The position numbers were made by a program, and so were the translations under genes. This document shows, piece after piece, positions 21,885 through 31,953 of a DNA stretch of 64,000 nt; position 1 is the stretch's first letter; the number at the start of each line of letters is the position of its first letter. This DNA comes from Opitutaceae bacterium (GTDB lineage: Bacteria > Verrucomicrobiota > Verrucomicrobiia > Opitutales > Coraliomargaritaceae). A model generated the notes under the pieces. It was not told where the DNA came from, made no database searches, and worked only from the letters and a program-made list of their open reading frames with translations. Location: NCBI GenBank assembly GCA_051252375.1, contig JBPOFY010000002.1, positions 416,001-480,000 of the forward strand, read 5' to 3'.

Positions 21885-22937
21885 ATGAAACACAAACTCA
21901 TCACAATCGTAGCTCTGATCGCTAGTCTCGGCGCACCAGCCATGGCAGACACTGTCATCACCAATGACGGCGCACGCCTCACCGGATCCATCACCTTGAT
22001 CGATGCAGGTATCATCCATTTGGATACAGTCTACGCCGGAACACTTGAGATCAAACAAGAGCTCGTCAGCTCCTTCAGCACCGACGAGCCGGTCTTCGTG
22101 CGTCTCGCCAGTGGTAGCACCATGGCTGGCCCAGTGATCTCTTCAGGCAATGGTAAACTCAAAATTCAATCTGAAGACGGCACCCTCGAAACTGAGATGA
22201 CCCGTATCACCGCCTCTTGGACGCCCACCAGCGAAGACCCCGCCATCGTGGCCCTTCGCAAAAAAGAAGAAGCCATGCGTCGCCAATGGAAATTCCGCGG
22301 CGGTGTAAACCTCCTCGGCAAAAGCGGCAACACCGACCAGTTTGACCTCGGCATCACCTTCGACGCTGTGCTCAAAAGCCCAAACGATGCACTCGCTTTC
22401 TTTGGAGAGTATGAGCAACGCGAAAAGAACGGTAGCACCACCGAAGACCGTATCGCAGGCGGCACTTCCTACGAATCCTTTTTCAGCGAGCACTACGGTT
22501 GGTATGTCCGCACCGAACTCGAAAGTGATAAAGTCGACCAGATCGACCTCCGCTCCACTTCCGGTGCTGGTATGTCTTTCCGCATCATCAATAAAGACAC
22601 CCAGACACTCGTCGCTCGTTCTGGTCTAGGCTATCGCTACACCGCCTTCGGAAATGGCACCACCAACGAATCGTCTGCCACACTCGATTTCGGCCTCGCT
22701 CACACTTATAAATACAAAACGTTCTTCTCCATGGAGAATGATCTCAGCTACGTGCCCAGCATCGACGACTTTGGCGTTTACCGTGTCGTCCACGACAGCG
22801 GCATCGAGATCCCACTCGGCAACGGCGAAAATTGGAAGATTCGCGTAGGTCTCAAACACGAGTATGACAGCCAACCAGCCGTCAACGAGAAGTTAGACAC
22901 CACCTACTACTCCCGCATGATCTACTCTTGGGATTAA
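21885..22937 (+). CDS. DUF481 outer-membrane beta-barrel protein
   Basis: Signal peptide; DTVITNDGARLTG; GKSGNTD; alternating beta pattern ending in YSWD. Confidence 0.8.
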   Translation: MKHKLITIVALIASLGAPAMADTVITNDGARLTGSITLIDAGIIHLDTVYAGTLEIKQELVSSFSTDEPVFVRLASGSTMAGPVISSGNGKLKIQSEDGTLETEMTRITASWTPTSEDPAIVALRKKEEAMRRQWKFRGGVNLLGKSGNTDQFDLGITFDAVLKSPNDALAFFGEYEQREKNGSTTEDRIAGGTSYESFFSEHYGWYVRTELESDKVDQIDLRSTSGAGMSFRIINKDTQTLVARSGLGYRYTAFGNGTTNESSATLDFGLAHTYKYKTFFSMENDLSYVPSIDDFGVYRVVHDSGIEIPLGNGENWKIRVGLKHEYDSQPAVNEKLDTTYYSRMIYSWD

Positions 22938-23026
22938 AGGCAAAATTATTTTCAATATTGTTTGATCCGGCAACGCGCATGCGTCTCGAATAACACTACC
23001 TAAATAGTGCATTCTGTATAAAATCT

Positions 23027-23106
23027 GGAGGGTTGCGCTCCGTCGCAACCGCCGATGGTTCGATGCATTTAGCCGTTTCTGCGGCAATGACAGAGCATTG
23101 CCCTCC
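23027..23106. repeat. GGAG-type REP doublet (REPIN)
   Basis: Near-identical inverted copy, spacer included, at 55283-55362. Confidence 0.9.
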
Positions 23107-23181
23107 AAATGAAATTACGTTTCTCACGTCTGCAGATACGCTTAAAGTAGTGCATCACGCAGAGATTCAAATAGTCCCGCG

Positions 23182-24105
23182 CTAACTTTCCCGAAACTGT
23201 GTAGGCGACATGCCGGCCACACGTTTGAAGGAGCGGTTGAACTGAGAGATCGACTCGAAACCAGTCTCAAAAGCGATTTCGCTGACCCGCAGGTGCGGGT
23301 TCTGAAGCAAATGCTTCGCCTTCTCCACCCGCACGCGGGCGAGGTAGTCGGTAAAGGTGATGCCTGTAGCCTCTTTGAACACTTTGCAGAAATGACGCGT
23401 GCTGGAATTCACTGCATGCGCCGCCTCGTCGAGCGAAATACGCTCATTGAAACGCTCCGTGATATACTTTTTCGCCTTACTCACCAGCTTCGGCTCTGCC
23501 TCACTGACGGCGGGCTCGATGCTGTTACTGATCGTGGCAAGGTGCTCCGCAAAAGTGGAAAGTAGGCGCAACATCGCGTCATATTGCTCACGATCAAAGA
23601 CCTTAGTCTGAAAATACGCCTCTTCTAAGGCCTTCAGATTGACCTGACTCCCCCACGCCAGCAATTGCTTGGTCGTGCGGGTAAATTCTTCCTGATTCGG
23701 TTGATGGAGTAAAATCTGGCCGGTATGTAGAAAGGCAATCAACTCATCACCCACTCGTATCGGCACCGCACTATCACAGAGCCCGGCAAAACAATGGAGC
23801 GATTTCGGTTCCAGCCCCGCTTCTTGCTCCAACTGTTCCTGCACCTTCAAACAATTAGCGCAGCCCTCATTTGTTTGCGCCAAAATCGCACAAAACGGAT
23901 TCCCCCCTTTCGCCCCTTTGAGCGCGTTGTCGTAGGCCGCGACCGGGCGTATTGCGAGCGGCAAGCCCGTCGCTCGCTGAAAGGCCTGCTCATAATCCTT
24001 ATAGAGTTGCGAACTCGAAAGCCGATCCACCACAGCACGCGCATCGGCTGAACCCGATGAGGAGGATGTGCACTTCGAAGCGCAGGCTGGGGACTCTATA
24101 AGCAT
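23182..24105 (-). CDS. AraC family regulator with PocR ligand-binding domain
   Basis: FQRATGL, NPFC..C, CFAGLCDSAVPI; C-terminal double HTH ending GFESISQFNRSFK. Start placed at ATG 24105. Confidence 0.9.
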   Translation of the reverse strand: MLIESPACASKCTSSSSGSADARAVVDRLSSSQLYKDYEQAFQRATGLPLAIRPVAAYDNALKGAKGGNPFCAILAQTNEGCANCLKVQEQLEQEAGLEPKSLHCFAGLCDSAVPIRVGDELIAFLHTGQILLHQPNQEEFTRTTKQLLAWGSQVNLKALEEAYFQTKVFDREQYDAMLRLLSTFAEHLATISNSIEPAVSEAEPKLVSKAKKYITERFNERISLDEAAHAVNSSTRHFCKVFKEATGITFTDYLARVRVEKAKHLLQNPHLRVSEIAFETGFESISQFNRSFKRVAGMSPTQFRES

Positions 24106-24201
24106 TTTTTGCAGAACTTTATACCAATATAAGAAAATATGCGCAGTGATGTGCGCAATATGCTGAGACAGGCTAAGGGCCTCTGTGCAATAATCAAGAC
24201 C

Positions 24202-24696
24202 ATGCATACACGTCTCGTCAGCTATCTCAGAGACAACCGGGATCAAGTAATTGAAAACTGGTTGACTGAGGCCGATGTGCCCGCACCGGAAGATTCCGAC
24301 ACGGGCGCTGGCGTGGTGCCCTATGCGTTCTATGCCGATGCCTTTGACCGCGTAGTGAAAACCATCGAAACAGGTGTCGCGCCCACCGATGACGAAGCAC
24401 TGATCTATATCAACGACTTCCTCGGCACCACTTGCGACTGCAAGCAACGCTGCTTCGGTGGCCGCGTCTGCATCGAACTACACGACTCAGGGCTCAAGGC
24501 CTTTATGAGCGTGTTCGACGAAGATTGGGACTGCGACCACGAGTTCAACCAACTGGACCGCAAATGCTGCGAAGACCGCATCAACCACGCCCTTTCTGGC
24601 TTCTTCGCACGCGAGATCGAACACTGTAAACGTAAAGACTTCCGCACTGACTGCCCATTTGTCGCACACCATCACGACCAACCGAACCAAGCATGA
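24202..24696 (+). CDS. Cys-rich hypothetical protein, first gene of the cbb3 operon
   Basis: 164 aa; CDCKQRC...C, CC, C...C; stop overlaps the next ATG. Confidence 0.7.
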   Translation: MHTRLVSYLRDNRDQVIENWLTEADVPAPEDSDTGAGVVPYAFYADAFDRVVKTIETGVAPTDDEALIYINDFLGTTCDCKQRCFGGRVCIELHDSGLKAFMSVFDEDWDCDHEFNQLDRKCCEDRINHALSGFFAREIEHCKRKDFRTDCPFVAHHHDQPNQA

Positions 24697-24860
24697 ACGT
24701 TCTCTTACTCACCGTCTTTCTCAGCATGCTCCTCGCATCGCTGTTTTTGCTGTTCTTCCTTCGGGAACGCCGCAGCAAAAACACATTTTGCAACAGTCCC
24801 GAGCAAGACTCTCTCCGCCCTTTTGATATCGAAACGTCTCAACCCGCTTTACGCAGATGA
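24693..24860 (+). CDS. Small single-TM protein, CcoS-like
   Basis: Manual translation MNVLLLTVFLSMLLASLFLLFFLRERRSK... (55 aa); ATGA overlaps at both ends. Confidence 0.65.
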   Translation: MNVLLLTVFLSMLLASLFLLFFLRERRSKNTFCNSPEQDSLRPFDIETSQPALRR

Positions 24861-27175
24861 ATACAAATAACAAGACAACCACCATCGTATACGATGACGA
24901 CGCCGTAAGGAAGTTTATGATCGCTTCCATCTTCTGGGCCCTGGTCGGGCTCGGAGCAGGTGTCCTCATCGCTTCACAGCTGAACTTTTGGCAAGCCAAT
25001 TTCAACATGGAGTGGCTGACTTTCGGTCGCCTACGTCCACTGCACACCAATGCGGCGATCTTCGCATTTGTGGGCAACATGATGTTCGCCGGAATTTACT
25101 ACTCCACTCAGCGACTCTGCCGTGTGCGCCTGGCATCGCCCCTGCTGACGAGTATTCACTTCTGGGGCTGGCAATTCATCATCGTGCTGGCTGCCATCAC
25201 ACTGCCACTCGGCTACAGCCGTGGTAAAGAATACGCAGAGCTCATCTGGCCCATCAACATTCTCGTCGCCGTCATCTGGCTCGTCTTCGCAGCCAACTTC
25301 TTTTGGACACTCGCCAAGCGTAACGAGAAATCACTCTACGTCGGCATTTGGTTCTACATCGCGACGATCGTCACGATCACCATGCTCTACGTCGTCAATC
25401 ACCTATCGATTCCGACCAGCTTCACCCACAGTTATCCGATCTTCGGCGGCGTGCAAGACGCGCTCGTGCAATGGTGGTATGGGCACAACGCCGTAGCGTT
25501 CTTCCTTACTACGCCGATGCTCGGCATCATGTATTACTTCGTGCCGAAGGCCGCGAATCGCCCAGTCTATTCCTACCGACTCTCGATCATTCACTTCTGG
25601 TCGCTCGTATTCATCTACATCTGGGCAGGACCACACCACCTACTCAACACCGCCCTTCCTGAGTGGTTACAATCACTCGGTATGATTTTCAGTTTGATGC
25701 TATGGGCGCCATCATGGGCCGGTATGCTCAACGGTTTGCTCACGCTGCGTGGCGCTTGGGACAAACTGCTCACAGATCCTGTCATCAAATTCTTCGCCGC
25801 CGCCGTCACGTTCTACGGCATGTGCACATTTGAAGGTCCGCTGCTCTCAATAAAAGCAGTCAACGCCCTCTCGCACTACACCGACTGGACAGTTGGCCAC
25901 GTGCATAGTGGCACCTTGGGCTGGAACGGCTTCTTGGCTGCAGGTATGTTCTACTGGCTCGCACCACGCCTCTGGAAAACAAAACTCTACTCCGTGCCGA
26001 TGGCCAATGCGCACTTCTGGCTCGGGATGGTCGGTATCCTTCTCTACGTCGCATCGATGTGGGTCGCCGGTATCACCCAAGGTCTCATGCTCAACGCCAC
26101 AACTGATGGCGGCACAGTCCTCCAGTATCCAAACTTCCTAGATACGCTACAAGCGATTCGCCCGGTCATGCTCTTCCGTGCAATCGGTGGTGGGCTCTAC
26201 CTAATCGGCTTCTTCATGATGGCATACAACATCTGGAAGACTGCTCGTAGCGGTTCACCAGTGAATGGCACCGTCGAAGTAGCCATCACCGAAGACGAAG
26301 CAGAAGAAAAGGGCTTCTCCTCATTCTTCTCCGCACCCGTGGTCTACGCCGTGCTCATCATCTTCGCCATGTGCCTGACGATTTTCAGCAATGGCGCACT
26401 CTTCATCTTTGGTTTGTTCCTCACCATCGTGTTTATCATCGTCGGCGTCGCTCACTTTGAAGTCGCGAAGGCAAGCTGGACCGAATGGTATGATAAACTA
26501 CTCAGCCACGGTTTTGGCTTTAGTGTGCTGACCATCATTGCCGCTGCTATCGGTGGCGCGATCCAGATCATCCCCACCGTCACCATGCAACGTGCGGACA
26601 ATGTTGAGGGTCGGCTCCAAGTGCCTTACACTCCTCTCGAACTAGCAGGTCGTGACATCTACGTGAGCGAAGGTTGCTACAACTGCCACTCGCAAATGAT
26701 CCGCACACTCGTGCCTGATGTTATGCGCTACGGCGATTACTCTCACCTCGGCGAGTCCATTTACGACTTCCCATACCAGTGGGGTTCCAAGCGCACAGGA
26801 CCGGATCTGGCTCGCGAAGGCGGCAAGCGTTCCGACGACTGGCACTACTTCCACATGCTCGATCCTCGCAGTGTCTCACCCGGCTCCAATATGCCGAACT
26901 ATCCGTGGCTCTTAAAGAAGCAAATCAAAGTCAAAGAACTGCCTAACAAGATCCACGCGATGCGCATGCTCGGCGTCCCTTATCCCATCGATCTATCGGA
27001 AGAAGACATCCAAGCACAGATCGACGATCAAGCCGCTGGCATCGTTGCCCGACTGGCCGAAAAGGGAGCTTACACAGATCCCGACAAGGAAATCGTAGCC
27101 ATCATCGCCTACCTGCAAAAGCTAGGCACCTACGAGCTCACCTCCGAAAAGGACGACTCAGTCGCCTCAGAATAA
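24857..27175 (+). CDS. ccoNO: cbb3-type cytochrome c oxidase, fused subunits I and II
   Basis: RLRPLHTN, WWYGHNAV, WAGPHH, GHVH; C-terminal EGCYNCHSQMIR and SKRTGPDL. Confidence 0.95.
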   Translation: MNTNNKTTTIVYDDDAVRKFMIASIFWALVGLGAGVLIASQLNFWQANFNMEWLTFGRLRPLHTNAAIFAFVGNMMFAGIYYSTQRLCRVRLASPLLTSIHFWGWQFIIVLAAITLPLGYSRGKEYAELIWPINILVAVIWLVFAANFFWTLAKRNEKSLYVGIWFYIATIVTITMLYVVNHLSIPTSFTHSYPIFGGVQDALVQWWYGHNAVAFFLTTPMLGIMYYFVPKAANRPVYSYRLSIIHFWSLVFIYIWAGPHHLLNTALPEWLQSLGMIFSLMLWAPSWAGMLNGLLTLRGAWDKLLTDPVIKFFAAAVTFYGMCTFEGPLLSIKAVNALSHYTDWTVGHVHSGTLGWNGFLAAGMFYWLAPRLWKTKLYSVPMANAHFWLGMVGILLYVASMWVAGITQGLMLNATTDGGTVLQYPNFLDTLQAIRPVMLFRAIGGGLYLIGFFMMAYNIWKTARSGSPVNGTVEVAITEDEAEEKGFSSFFSAPVVYAVLIIFAMCLTIFSNGALFIFGLFLTIVFIIVGVAHFEVAKASWTEWYDKLLSHGFGFSVLTIIAAAIGGAIQIIPTVTMQRADNVEGRLQVPYTPLELAGRDIYVSEGCYNCHSQMIRTLVPDVMRYGDYSHLGESIYDFPYQWGSKRTGPDLAREGGKRSDDWHYFHMLDPRSVSPGSNMPNYPWLLKKQIKVKELPNKIHAMRMLGVPYPIDLSEEDIQAQIDDQAAGIVARLAEKGAYTDPDKEIVAIIAYLQKLGTYELTSEKDDSVASE

Positions 27176-27199
27176 ATTAATCATTAGCCATTAAATCTC

Positions 27200-27388
27200 A
27201 TGTTTAAACGTATCATCTACGACGACTGGACGAGCATCGTTCCTCACATCTCCTTCTGGCTCACCTTTGGCGTCTTCCTCGTCATCGTCGTGCGCGCCAT
27301 GTTTCTCAAGAAAACGACGGTTCACCACATGGAAAATCTCCCATTGGACGAAGACGACAACGTGAACACCAACGCAGCAAGCAAATGA
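27200..27388 (+). CDS. ccoQ: cbb3 oxidase small subunit (CcoQ-like)
   Basis: Single TM, ENLPLDED tail, located between ccoO and ccoP. Confidence 0.7.
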   Translation: MFKRIIYDDWTSIVPHISFWLTFGVFLVIVVRAMFLKKTTVHHMENLPLDEDDNVNTNAASK

Positions 27389-27963
27389 ACACAGGCGAAG
27401 ATAATAACGAACTCCCCGTCAAACAAGAAGACCTCCCCGAGGGCGTCATCCTTCGTGATCACGTCGTCGACGGCATTCAAGAATATGACCAGCGCCTCCC
27501 ATTCTGGTGGCTCTGCATTCTATTCGGAATGTTCACCTTCTCCGTCATTTACTGGCTCGTGGTCGACGACCGCAGCTTTGTTGGCACCGCGGACCATCAA
27601 CTCGACAGCAAACTGGCCGAAGTGGATGCGGTGCGCCTAGCCAACTCCATTGACGTCACCAACGACGACCTCTTCTGGGAGATGAGCAGCAATCCGACAT
27701 TCGTCAGTGCTGGTAAAGAAATCTTCGAAGGAAACTGCGTGGCCTGTCACGGCAAGGAACTTCAAGGTGGTATCGGCTTTAATCTAGTCGACGCGGAATG
27801 GATCCACGGCTCCAAGCCGTCGGAGATCTATATTACTGTCAGCAAAGGCGCACCAGATCCAAGCAAAGGGATGCAATCATGGGAACCGATACTCGGTCAA
27901 AAGCGTATCGCACAAGTCGTCGCCTACGTCCTCAGCAAAAATCCAAATCTGAAAGCTAAATAA
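27385..27963 (+). CDS. ccoP: cbb3 oxidase subunit III, monoheme
   Basis: HVVDGIQEYDQRLPFWW; a single CVACH. Confidence 0.9.
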   Translation: MNTGEDNNELPVKQEDLPEGVILRDHVVDGIQEYDQRLPFWWLCILFGMFTFSVIYWLVVDDRSFVGTADHQLDSKLAEVDAVRLANSIDVTNDDLFWEMSSNPTFVSAGKEIFEGNCVACHGKELQGGIGFNLVDAEWIHGSKPSEIYITVSKGAPDPSKGMQSWEPILGQKRIAQVVAYVLSKNPNLKAK

Positions 27964-28013
27964 ACGCCTCCATTCTAATCACTTCACTTATGAAGTCTGA
28001 TTAAGAAACAACT

Positions 28014-29420
28014 ATGAAACCTAACAGTCCATCGCGTGAAACACCCACCACAATCAATCAGGATGGGTCGCGGCTCTTTCTGCACCCAGCAGATGTATCC
28101 GGGATTTTCACGCATGCGCGGCGGATTTTTGCGCTACTGTTAATTGGTATCTATGTATCACTTCCATGGATACCAATTAACGGGCACCCCGCGGTCTTCT
28201 TGGACGTCCTCAACCGTCGATTCCATCTATTCGGGCTGACATTCGCAGCACAAGATATGTGGATGGCCTTTTTCTTCATCACAGGCTTGGGCTTCTCTCT
28301 GTTCTTTGTCACCGCACTCTTCGGGCGCATCTGGTGCGGTTGGGCCTGTCCGCAAACGGTCTTCCTCGAGCACGTCTACCGTAGAATCGAGCGCTGGATC
28401 GAGGGCGACGCCACCAAACGTCGAAAACTAGACAAACAAGCATGGGACAACGAGAAGATCGCTAAACGTGTGATCAAACACGGCATTTTTGTATTCTTCT
28501 CCGCGCTCATCGCGCACCTCTTCCTCGCCTATTTTATTTCGATCCCCGAGCTCTATCAATGGATGACGAAAAATCCCACCGAACACTGGGGTGCCTTCGT
28601 GTTCATGTTCGTCGCCACTGCGATCATCTACTTCAATTTCTCTTGGTTTCGTGAGCAGCTCTGCCTCGTCATCTGTCCTTATGGTCGTTTGCAATCCGCA
28701 CTGATCGACGAAGACTCCGTCATCATCGGTTACGATGAGGAACGCGGCGAACCACGCGGTCCCGCAAAGAAGGAAGGCATTGGCGACTGCGTCAACTGCA
28801 CCCGTTGTGTCCAAGTATGCCCCACGGGGATCGACATCCGCCAAGGTCTGCAAATCGAATGTATCGGCTGCGCCAACTGTATCGATGCCTGCGATACAAT
28901 CATGGCGAAGCTGAATCGCCCGAAGGGGCTCATTCGCTATGATTCGCAAAACGGACTCGCTGGCAAAAAGCGCCGCATCGTCCGTCCACGTATTTTCATC
29001 TACGCCGCACTCATGCTCATTGGCGCGGCCGCCTTCACGCTTTCTGCAATGCAGCTACGTAGTGCAAATATGAACGTCGTGCGCATGTCAGGCGCGCCCT
29101 ACTTCCTGACCGATACAGGGGTGCGTAATCAATACATGGTGCGCGTGATCAATAAGACCAACGAAACCAAAATTTATCGACTCACTGCCAATGCTGAAGG
29201 CCAAACTTATACCATGGAAGGCAACGAAGACGGCATCACCGTGCCACCGATGGGTGAAGAAGTCAGACCTGTCATCATTTCGATCACACGTGACGATTAC
29301 ACCGGCTCGTTTCCTCTCACACTCTCGCTAATCACACCTGACGGAGAGAAGGAGATCGTGTCGCGCGAAGCCGAGTTCCTCGGCCCCAACGCTCGCCTCT
29401 GGAAGGAACAAACGAAATGA
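28014..29420 (+). CDS. ccoG: Cytochrome c oxidase accessory protein CcoG
   Basis: GRIWCGWACPQT, CVNCTRCVQVCPTGIDIR, CIGCANCIDAC. Confidence 0.95.
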   Translation: MKPNSPSRETPTTINQDGSRLFLHPADVSGIFTHARRIFALLLIGIYVSLPWIPINGHPAVFLDVLNRRFHLFGLTFAAQDMWMAFFFITGLGFSLFFVTALFGRIWCGWACPQTVFLEHVYRRIERWIEGDATKRRKLDKQAWDNEKIAKRVIKHGIFVFFSALIAHLFLAYFISIPELYQWMTKNPTEHWGAFVFMFVATAIIYFNFSWFREQLCLVICPYGRLQSALIDEDSVIIGYDEERGEPRGPAKKEGIGDCVNCTRCVQVCPTGIDIRQGLQIECIGCANCIDACDTIMAKLNRPKGLIRYDSQNGLAGKKRRIVRPRIFIYAALMLIGAAAFTLSAMQLRSANMNVVRMSGAPYFLTDTGVRNQYMVRVINKTNETKIYRLTANAEGQTYTMEGNEDGITVPPMGEEVRPVIISITRDDYTGSFPLTLSLITPDGEKEIVSREAEFLGPNARLWKEQTK

Positions 29421-29575
29421 CAGACTCTAAAAATAAAAAGATCGCATGGTCACTTTGGATACCTGTCATCCTAGCCTTCGTTTTGGTCAGCGTGGCGTGG
29501 TTCACCTTGATTAAAATCGCCAGAGAAAATCCAACCGAAACAATCGAGATCCCACCTGCCGGCGCATCCAAGTGA
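29417..29575 (+). CDS. Small single-TM protein in the ccoH position
   Basis: Manual translation MTDSKNKKIAWSLWIPVILAFVLVSVAWFTLIKIARENP... (52 aa); overlaps both neighbours. Confidence 0.6.
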   Translation: MTDSKNKKIAWSLWIPVILAFVLVSVAWFTLIKIARENPTETIEIPPAGASK

Positions 29576-31941
29576 GCTCACCGACACAGTCAGCGACCAC
29601 GTGTTTACATTGCGGCACGCCGTTCATCCCCAAGTCTGACGAGACGTATTGCTGTCATGGTTGCTACTATGTCGCGCAACTACTTGAGGACAACGATCTG
29701 ACGCGCTTCTATGAACTCAAAGGCAAGCAAGTGGTCCCGCCGATTGGCTCGAAAGTCTTTCAAGAAAGCGATACCGCACCACTACTGACAGAAATTCAAC
29801 GCAGCGAAGCGAACACCGATAAGCCGGTCGCCTCGGCACGCTTCAGTATCGAAGGCATTAGCTGCGTGGGCTGTGTTTGGTTAATCGAAGCCATCTTCAA
29901 TCGTCAGACAGGCGCTGCCCGCGCCCAGATCGATCCACGTTCAAGCGCGGTCGAACTCAACTGGCAACGCGGTCATTTCGATATCACAAGCTTTGCTCAG
30001 GAATTACAAAAGATCGGCTACCGCCTCAGCCTATACACGGAAGATCCATCCGCCAACAATAGCACCAAGCCAATCACCTACCGACTCGGTCTGTGTGGCT
30101 TCTTCCTGCTCAACACCATGCTTTTCACTTTGCCGGGCTACCTCGGCATGGGTGGCGAGTTCTTCCTCGCCCCACTCTTTCAGTTACTAGGAGCACTCTT
30201 TGCCACACTCAGCCTCTTTGTCGGCGGCGGCTATTTCATTCATCGCGCATGGCAGGCGGCTCAAAACAAAGTCCTGCACATCGATCTACCCATCGCGACT
30301 GGACTGCTGACCGCCTACGTCGGCTCACTCGTCGGCTGGTATTCTGGCTACATCGATCTGATCTATTTCGATTTCGTCGCCACCTTCGTGTTCCTCATGC
30401 TCGCGGGACGCTGGCTTCAGGAGTTTGCATTGGAAAAGAATCGAAGCCATCTGCAACGCCAACAAGTCGGTCCACGCAACGTCACCCAAATCGGCGGTGC
30501 CAACGATGGACAAAAAGTATCGGTGCAATCCGTCGAATCCGAGATGGAATACAGCATCGCTCCCGGCGAAATCAATCCAGTTGCCGCAGACCTGCTCGAT
30601 CCCGAAGGCATGCTCAGCCTTGAGTGGATCAATGGCGAAGCCGAGCCCGTCGTCTGGCGTCCCGAACGCACAGCACCAGCTGGCGCCATCAATGTCGGTC
30701 TTCACAGCCTGCGCTTTCGCTCCCGTGAAAACTGGGCAGATAGCCTGCTCGCAAAACTGCTCGAACGCCCGAACGACTCCTTTCAAGATCAACGACTTCA
30801 AACGATTCTCAAATGGTATATTGCCACGATCTTAGTCATTGCCGCATTTGGTAGTATGACCTGGCTGATGACCACAGGCGACATCCTGCAATCCACACAG
30901 GTATTGATCTCGATTCTGATCGTATCCTGTCCCTGTGCACTCGGTGTTGCACTGCCGATGTGTGACGAGTTCGCCACCGCACGACTTCGCCGCGCCGGGC
31001 TATTCATCAAGTCCGCTCAAATTTGGGAACGAATCCGCCGCGTGAAAACCGTCGTCTTCGATAAGACCGGCACCCTCACCATGGATGTCCCGCGCCTAGA
31101 GAACCTTGAAAGTATCAAAGAGCTCGACCCACTCGCCACACAAGCGCTCGCCCACTTAGTCGAAAACAACCTACACCCGATTGCCCGCTCACTTCGCGAA
31201 GCGCTACTTGCCTACCATTCCAATGTGAAACAAGCATCCCAGTCAATCCCGACCCATGCGATTACAGAAACCATCGGACAGGGCGTCTCATGGATCGACA
31301 ACGGCGGCAATGAATGGACCCTCGGCAAACCAGCTTGGAAAGCAAACATCCCCGCTCAACACCATAGCGTTCTACGGCAGAACGGACTACTCGTCGCCGG
31401 CTACAACTTCAGTGAAGATGTTCGCGATGATGCCAAAACGGTCATCGACCAGTTCCGCAGCGCAAAATTGAACACCGCCATTCTCAGCGGCGACGCACCA
31501 CAGCGCGTGGCGCAAATCGCAGACCAGCTCGGACTCTGCCAAGGCACCGCACAAGCCAGTTGTAGCCCAGAAGACAAAGCCGACTGGATCAAAACAAACG
31601 CGCAAAACACTGCGCTCATGATCGGTGACGGCGCCAACGACACGCTCGCCTTCGACCAAGCCATCTGCCGAGGCACACCCGTCGTGGACCGCAGTATCCT
31701 ACAAGCCTCTGCAGACTTCTTCTTTTTCGGTCGCAGCCTGCGTTGCTTGCCCGAGCTATTCCTGACCGCCCGCTTACGCCGACGCACCAGCGCGCTGATT
31801 TTTGCCGCCGCTGTCGGGTATAATATAACTGCCATCACGATCTGCTTGATGGGAAACATGCACCCATTGCTTGCAGCCATCCTGATGCCTTTGAGTTCCA
31901 TCGCCACACTGGCCATCGCCTGGATTGGTATGCGGCGCTAG
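29572..31941 (+). CDS. ccoI: P1B-type copper ATPase CcoI/FixI
   Basis: CLHCG...CCHGC, ISCVGC, CPC, DKTGT, GDGAND. Confidence 0.92.
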   Translation: MSSPTQSATTCLHCGTPFIPKSDETYCCHGCYYVAQLLEDNDLTRFYELKGKQVVPPIGSKVFQESDTAPLLTEIQRSEANTDKPVASARFSIEGISCVGCVWLIEAIFNRQTGAARAQIDPRSSAVELNWQRGHFDITSFAQELQKIGYRLSLYTEDPSANNSTKPITYRLGLCGFFLLNTMLFTLPGYLGMGGEFFLAPLFQLLGALFATLSLFVGGGYFIHRAWQAAQNKVLHIDLPIATGLLTAYVGSLVGWYSGYIDLIYFDFVATFVFLMLAGRWLQEFALEKNRSHLQRQQVGPRNVTQIGGANDGQKVSVQSVESEMEYSIAPGEINPVAADLLDPEGMLSLEWINGEAEPVVWRPERTAPAGAINVGLHSLRFRSRENWADSLLAKLLERPNDSFQDQRLQTILKWYIATILVIAAFGSMTWLMTTGDILQSTQVLISILIVSCPCALGVALPMCDEFATARLRRAGLFIKSAQIWERIRRVKTVVFDKTGTLTMDVPRLENLESIKELDPLATQALAHLVENNLHPIARSLREALLAYHSNVKQASQSIPTHAITETIGQGVSWIDNGGNEWTLGKPAWKANIPAQHHSVLRQNGLLVAGYNFSEDVRDDAKTVIDQFRSAKLNTAILSGDAPQRVAQIADQLGLCQGTAQASCSPEDKADWIKTNAQNTALMIGDGANDTLAFDQAICRGTPVVDRSILQASADFFFFGRSLRCLPELFLTARLRRRTSALIFAAAVGYNITAITICLMGNMHPLLAAILMPLSSIATLAIAWIGMRR

Positions 31942-31953
31942 CACACACTTCCC

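Noticed and set aside
24106..24447. 114 aa N-terminal extension of the AraC ORF
   Set aside because: Overlaps the divergent gene and promoter; ATG 24105 fits the PocR domain start.
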